Shown here: piece by piece, positions 37,207-40,190 of the stretch
Numbering within the stretch: the first letter of the stretch is position 1
Layout: each line of letters opens with the position of its first letter
Made by a program: the position numbers and the translations under genes
From: a virus
Lineage: Duplodnaviria; Heunggongvirae; Uroviricota; Caudoviricetes
Length of the DNA stretch: 40,190 bases
Strand: one strand, 5' to 3'
IMG/VR virus record: IMGVR_UViG_2698536576_000006
Span: 1 to 40,190 of that record
Notes under the pieces: model-generated
What the model saw: only the letters and a program-made list of their open reading frames with translations
Database searches by the model: none
Told to the model about the DNA's origin: nothing

Positions 37207-37737
37207 ATGGAGCTCAGAAACGTTACGCGTTATTACCCTGAAGAAATGCCTTATGGTGAAGGCATTCAGTATTTCCGTAGTGAAGACGGACAGGATTTTT
37301 ATGAATCACTGGATAAATTCACGAAGAAATACAAGCTGTGCACACATCCTGAAACCGGCGTTATTTATTCAATGGCGGAAGACGTATCCCGGCTTTATCC
37401 GGCAGGTTTCACCATTGTGGAAGTGGATGAACTACCGGATGGCTTTTGTATAGAAGCGCGCTGGTATTACAAAGACGGTGAAGTTCTTCCTGTTCCTGTT
37501 GACTACAGACAGCAGGCGGAGTCAGAGCGTGCACGTCTTACTGCGATTGCCGAACGGGAAATATCCGATAAGAAGACGGATTTACTTCTGGGAATCATCA
37601 GCGATGAAGAAAAAGAAAAGCTGAAAGCCTGGCGTATTTACGCAAAGGAGTTACAGGCGATGAATTTCAGTGCCGTCACTGATAAAGCCTCATATAACGC
37701 CATTGAATGGCCCGTCTCTCCGGAAACCCTTTCCTGA
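37207..37737 (+). CDS. Tail fiber assembly chaperone
   Basis: 176 aa from ATG 37207 (AGGGAG RBS), directly after a tail-fiber gene. Confidence 0.7.
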   Translation: MELRNVTRYYPEEMPYGEGIQYFRSEDGQDFYESLDKFTKKYKLCTHPETGVIYSMAEDVSRLYPAGFTIVEVDELPDGFCIEARWYYKDGEVLPVPVDYRQQAESERARLTAIAEREISDKKTDLLLGIISDEEKEKLKAWRIYAKELQAMNFSAVTDKASYNAIEWPVSPETLS

Positions 37738-37760
37738 TTTAATTTATCGCGAGAAAAACT

Positions 37761-40046
37761 ATGGTAGTGATATCAGGTGCGCTGATAGATGGCGCAGGCA
37801 TCCCCATGTCCGGATGCCACATAATTCTGAAATCCCGGGTAAACACCTCGGAAGTGGTGATGCGCACAGTTGCCGACGTGGTGACAGGAAATAATGGAGA
37901 ATATTCGTTCGGGGCACAGGTCGGGAAATATTGTGTATATCTGAAGCAGGACTGGTGCGACGAGTACTGTGTTGGCGACATTTCGGTTTACGACGACTCC
38001 AGGCCCGGCACACTGAATGACTTTCTGACTGCCCTCGATGAAGGCGATTTAAAGCCGGATGTAGTGAAACGCTTTGAGGAAATGGTGGCGCAGGCGCAGC
38101 AGAGCGCGGAAGCGGCAGCGGAAAGCGAACGACAGGCCGGGCAACATGTCGCTGATGCGCAACAAATTAAGAGCGACTGCGAGACGCTGGCGGATAATGT
38201 ACAGCAGAACGCAGAAGCCGTTGCCGAAGATAAAAAGCAGATAGCGTTACTGGCGTCATCTGCTTCGCAGGATGCGGCCCGCGCAGAGCAGGCTGCCAGT
38301 GATGCCGATAAGGCCGTTCAGAAAGCTGTCGATAAACTTTCTGATGCCGCAACGCTGACCGGTGAGGCTAAAGCCAGCGCTGAAGCTGCCGCACAAAGCG
38401 AGCAGAATGCGAAAAATCACGCTGATAATGCAGCAGAAAGCGCACGGCAGACTGTGCAGGATGTGGAGGCAACGACTATTGCCCGCAGTGATGCGGAGCG
38501 TTTTGCGGATGAGGCAGAAAACAGCGCACAGACATCAGGTGCCGCACGGGATAAATCCGTTGATGCTGCTGAACAGGCTCGTCAGCATAAAGAGGCTGCA
38601 TCTTCGGCAGCAACCAGCGCGGAAAATGCGGCAAATTCCGCACTCGGGCATGAAAACAGCGCCGCTGAATATGCCCGACAGGCTAAAGCCAGTCAGGATA
38701 CGAGCGCAGACAATGCACGGGAATCGAAACAGCAGAGGGATGAAGCGCAACGGATAGTTGATGACCTGAAGGGAACCAGCGCCACCACGACAGAAAAAGG
38801 CCTGGTGCAACTCAGTAGTGACACTGACAACGACAGTGAAGAGCTGGCAGCCACGTCAAAAGCCGTCAAAATCGTCATGGACGAGACGAAAACAAAAGCA
38901 CAGCTGGACAGCCCGGCGTTCACAGGTAAGCCAACCGCACCAACCCCGCCGGACGATGCGGTCGGGCTGGAGATGGCAAACGCGGCGTTTGTCCGCAAAC
39001 TACTCGCCGCACTGGTTGACTCGTCACCGGAAGCCCTGGACACACTGAACGAGCTGGCCGCGGCGCTGGGCAATGACCCGAACTTTGCGACAACAATCAT
39101 GAACGCGCTGGCAGGTAAACAACCGCTGAGCGATGTGCTGACGGCAATCAGTGAGCTGACGCAACGGGCAGATAATCTTCTGTGCTTTAATCAGGACGGG
39201 AATGCTTCACTGTCTCCGCTGTCAGAAAAAGCCCGTTCACTGCTGGCACAGGACATTCCTGAAGCCATGCGCCATGAGCTGGAGCTGGCAGTATCTGCAA
39301 CAATGGAGCCTCAGAGTGATATTTATGATCGCACTGCTGGTTGTCTGGCGATTCCCGGAGGGTTTGGCTTTGGCGCATTGTTCACAGATGAACAGGAAAT
39401 GCATTTCAGTGCCGAAAACGGACCGACTGAATTTTTGCAGTGGGTGCGTGAAACACCACCAGGACGCTATCTTGTCAGTCAGTACGACGGTAATAAAAAG
39501 GCCCCCATTATTAATGGCTCCGATACACTGAATTTTTCTGGTTATCTGGATATTGAAGTTCGCACAAATACCACCCCGGAGAATCAGCAAAATGCAACGA
39601 AACAGGTTATTTTTAAAGGAATAAACGGAGAGAGTTACACGGCAACAATTCACAGCAACATCACCCCTGTAACCCTGCCTGACAGCTGGGATAATGAGTT
39701 ACTTAAGGTTGATGATTTTACACAGGTACTGCGCTCTTCCACCGGCAATAGCTGGGGGAGTCCTGATATTGGGGGGCTGATGCTGGGGGCATATCTGGGA
39801 GAGGCGGAAAGTAATGAGAGCATAAGGCTGTACAGGGGGATGATTGTGCCCGGCTCACGAATTGGTCAAATAGGCATGATGGGGATACTGGGGAGTTCTG
39901 CTACAAGCAATAGCACGCCGCAATTTTATCTTGCAGACAGCAGCGTAACACCACAGTCAGGCAGTTTTGTCGCCTTATCCGGTAACAACAGAATTATGGC
40001 CAGTTCAAAGTTTTATTATGTTGGTTTATTCATGCGGGTGGCATAA
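37761..40046 (+). CDS. Side tail fiber protein (lambda Stf-like) with divergent C-terminal domain
   Basis: N-terminus (ISGALIDGAGIP...VYDDSRPGTLNDFL) and central block (KGLVQLSS...LAATSKAVKIVMDETK...LDSPAFTGKPTAPT...DTLNELAAALGNDPNFATTIMNALAGKQP) parallel lambda Stf. Ala/Gln/Glu-rich shaft between. Last ~280 residues have no recalled match. Confidence 0.8.
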   Translation: MVVISGALIDGAGIPMSGCHIILKSRVNTSEVVMRTVADVVTGNNGEYSFGAQVGKYCVYLKQDWCDEYCVGDISVYDDSRPGTLNDFLTALDEGDLKPDVVKRFEEMVAQAQQSAEAAAESERQAGQHVADAQQIKSDCETLADNVQQNAEAVAEDKKQIALLASSASQDAARAEQAASDADKAVQKAVDKLSDAATLTGEAKASAEAAAQSEQNAKNHADNAAESARQTVQDVEATTIARSDAERFADEAENSAQTSGAARDKSVDAAEQARQHKEAASSAATSAENAANSALGHENSAAEYARQAKASQDTSADNARESKQQRDEAQRIVDDLKGTSATTTEKGLVQLSSDTDNDSEELAATSKAVKIVMDETKTKAQLDSPAFTGKPTAPTPPDDAVGLEMANAAFVRKLLAALVDSSPEALDTLNELAAALGNDPNFATTIMNALAGKQPLSDVLTAISELTQRADNLLCFNQDGNASLSPLSEKARSLLAQDIPEAMRHELELAVSATMEPQSDIYDRTAGCLAIPGGFGFGALFTDEQEMHFSAENGPTEFLQWVRETPPGRYLVSQYDGNKKAPIINGSDTLNFSGYLDIEVRTNTTPENQQNATKQVIFKGINGESYTATIHSNITPVTLPDSWDNELLKVDDFTQVLRSSTGNSWGSPDIGGLMLGAYLGEAESNESIRLYRGMIVPGSRIGQIGMMGILGSSATSNSTPQFYLADSSVTPQSGSFVALSGNNRIMASSKFYYVGLFMRVA

Positions 40047-40049
40047 AAA

Positions 40050-40190
40050 ATGGAAATACGACAAATTCTGAATCCACGTTATCTGGAATCAGGTGCAATT
40101 AACTGTGAGGTATTGTTTGAGGGAATGGAGAAAGTCCTGCCGTATACAGCGACAAAAGATGATACAGCACAGACAGGTCAGCGCATCTGG
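40050..40190 (+). CDS. Partial ORF, probably a second tail fiber assembly protein (5' end only)
   Basis: ATG at 40050 four nt after the Stf stop; open to the window edge (MEIRQILNPRYLESG...). Called by position only. Confidence 0.35.
   Translation, partial: MEIRQILNPRYLESGAINCEVLFEGMEKVLPYTATKDDTAQTGQRIW

Overview
This 40.2-kb window reads as one near-complete mosaic prophage of an enterobacterium (Escherichia/Shigella-like), running from a P4-type tyrosine integrase at base 1 to tail-fibre genes at the right edge; both prophage ends lie outside the window. Order: int (+); an AT-rich orphan gene; a leftward early operon (AlpA-like, HD hydrolase, YfdQ-like, small protein); a ~1.1-kb noncoding leader; the cI/cro immunity switch with GGTACA operator repeats; rightward replication/Nin-like genes (O-like initiator with internal iterons, Dam-like methyltransferase, RusA, KilA-N, DUF968, Q antiterminator); an inverted AT-rich two-gene module; phage tRNA-Thr(UGU) and tRNA-Gly(UCC); a lysis cassette (holin, M15 endolysin, Rz/Rz1); a reverse-strand Ais-like phosphatase; then terminase, portal, protease-capsid fusion and a P2/Mu-like contractile tail with two tail fibres. 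The best candidate for an undescribed system is the inverted two-gene module at 13670-15001 (soluble 273-aa protein plus 4-helix membrane protein), whose architecture resembles the lambda RexA/RexB exclusion pair but sits at the Q-to-lysis moron hotspot; the orphan gene at 1410-2543 is a second candidate. All protein calls rest on reading the supplied translations against remembered family signatures; no database search or computation was run, and start codons were adjusted by eye using RBS and gene-overlap patterns.
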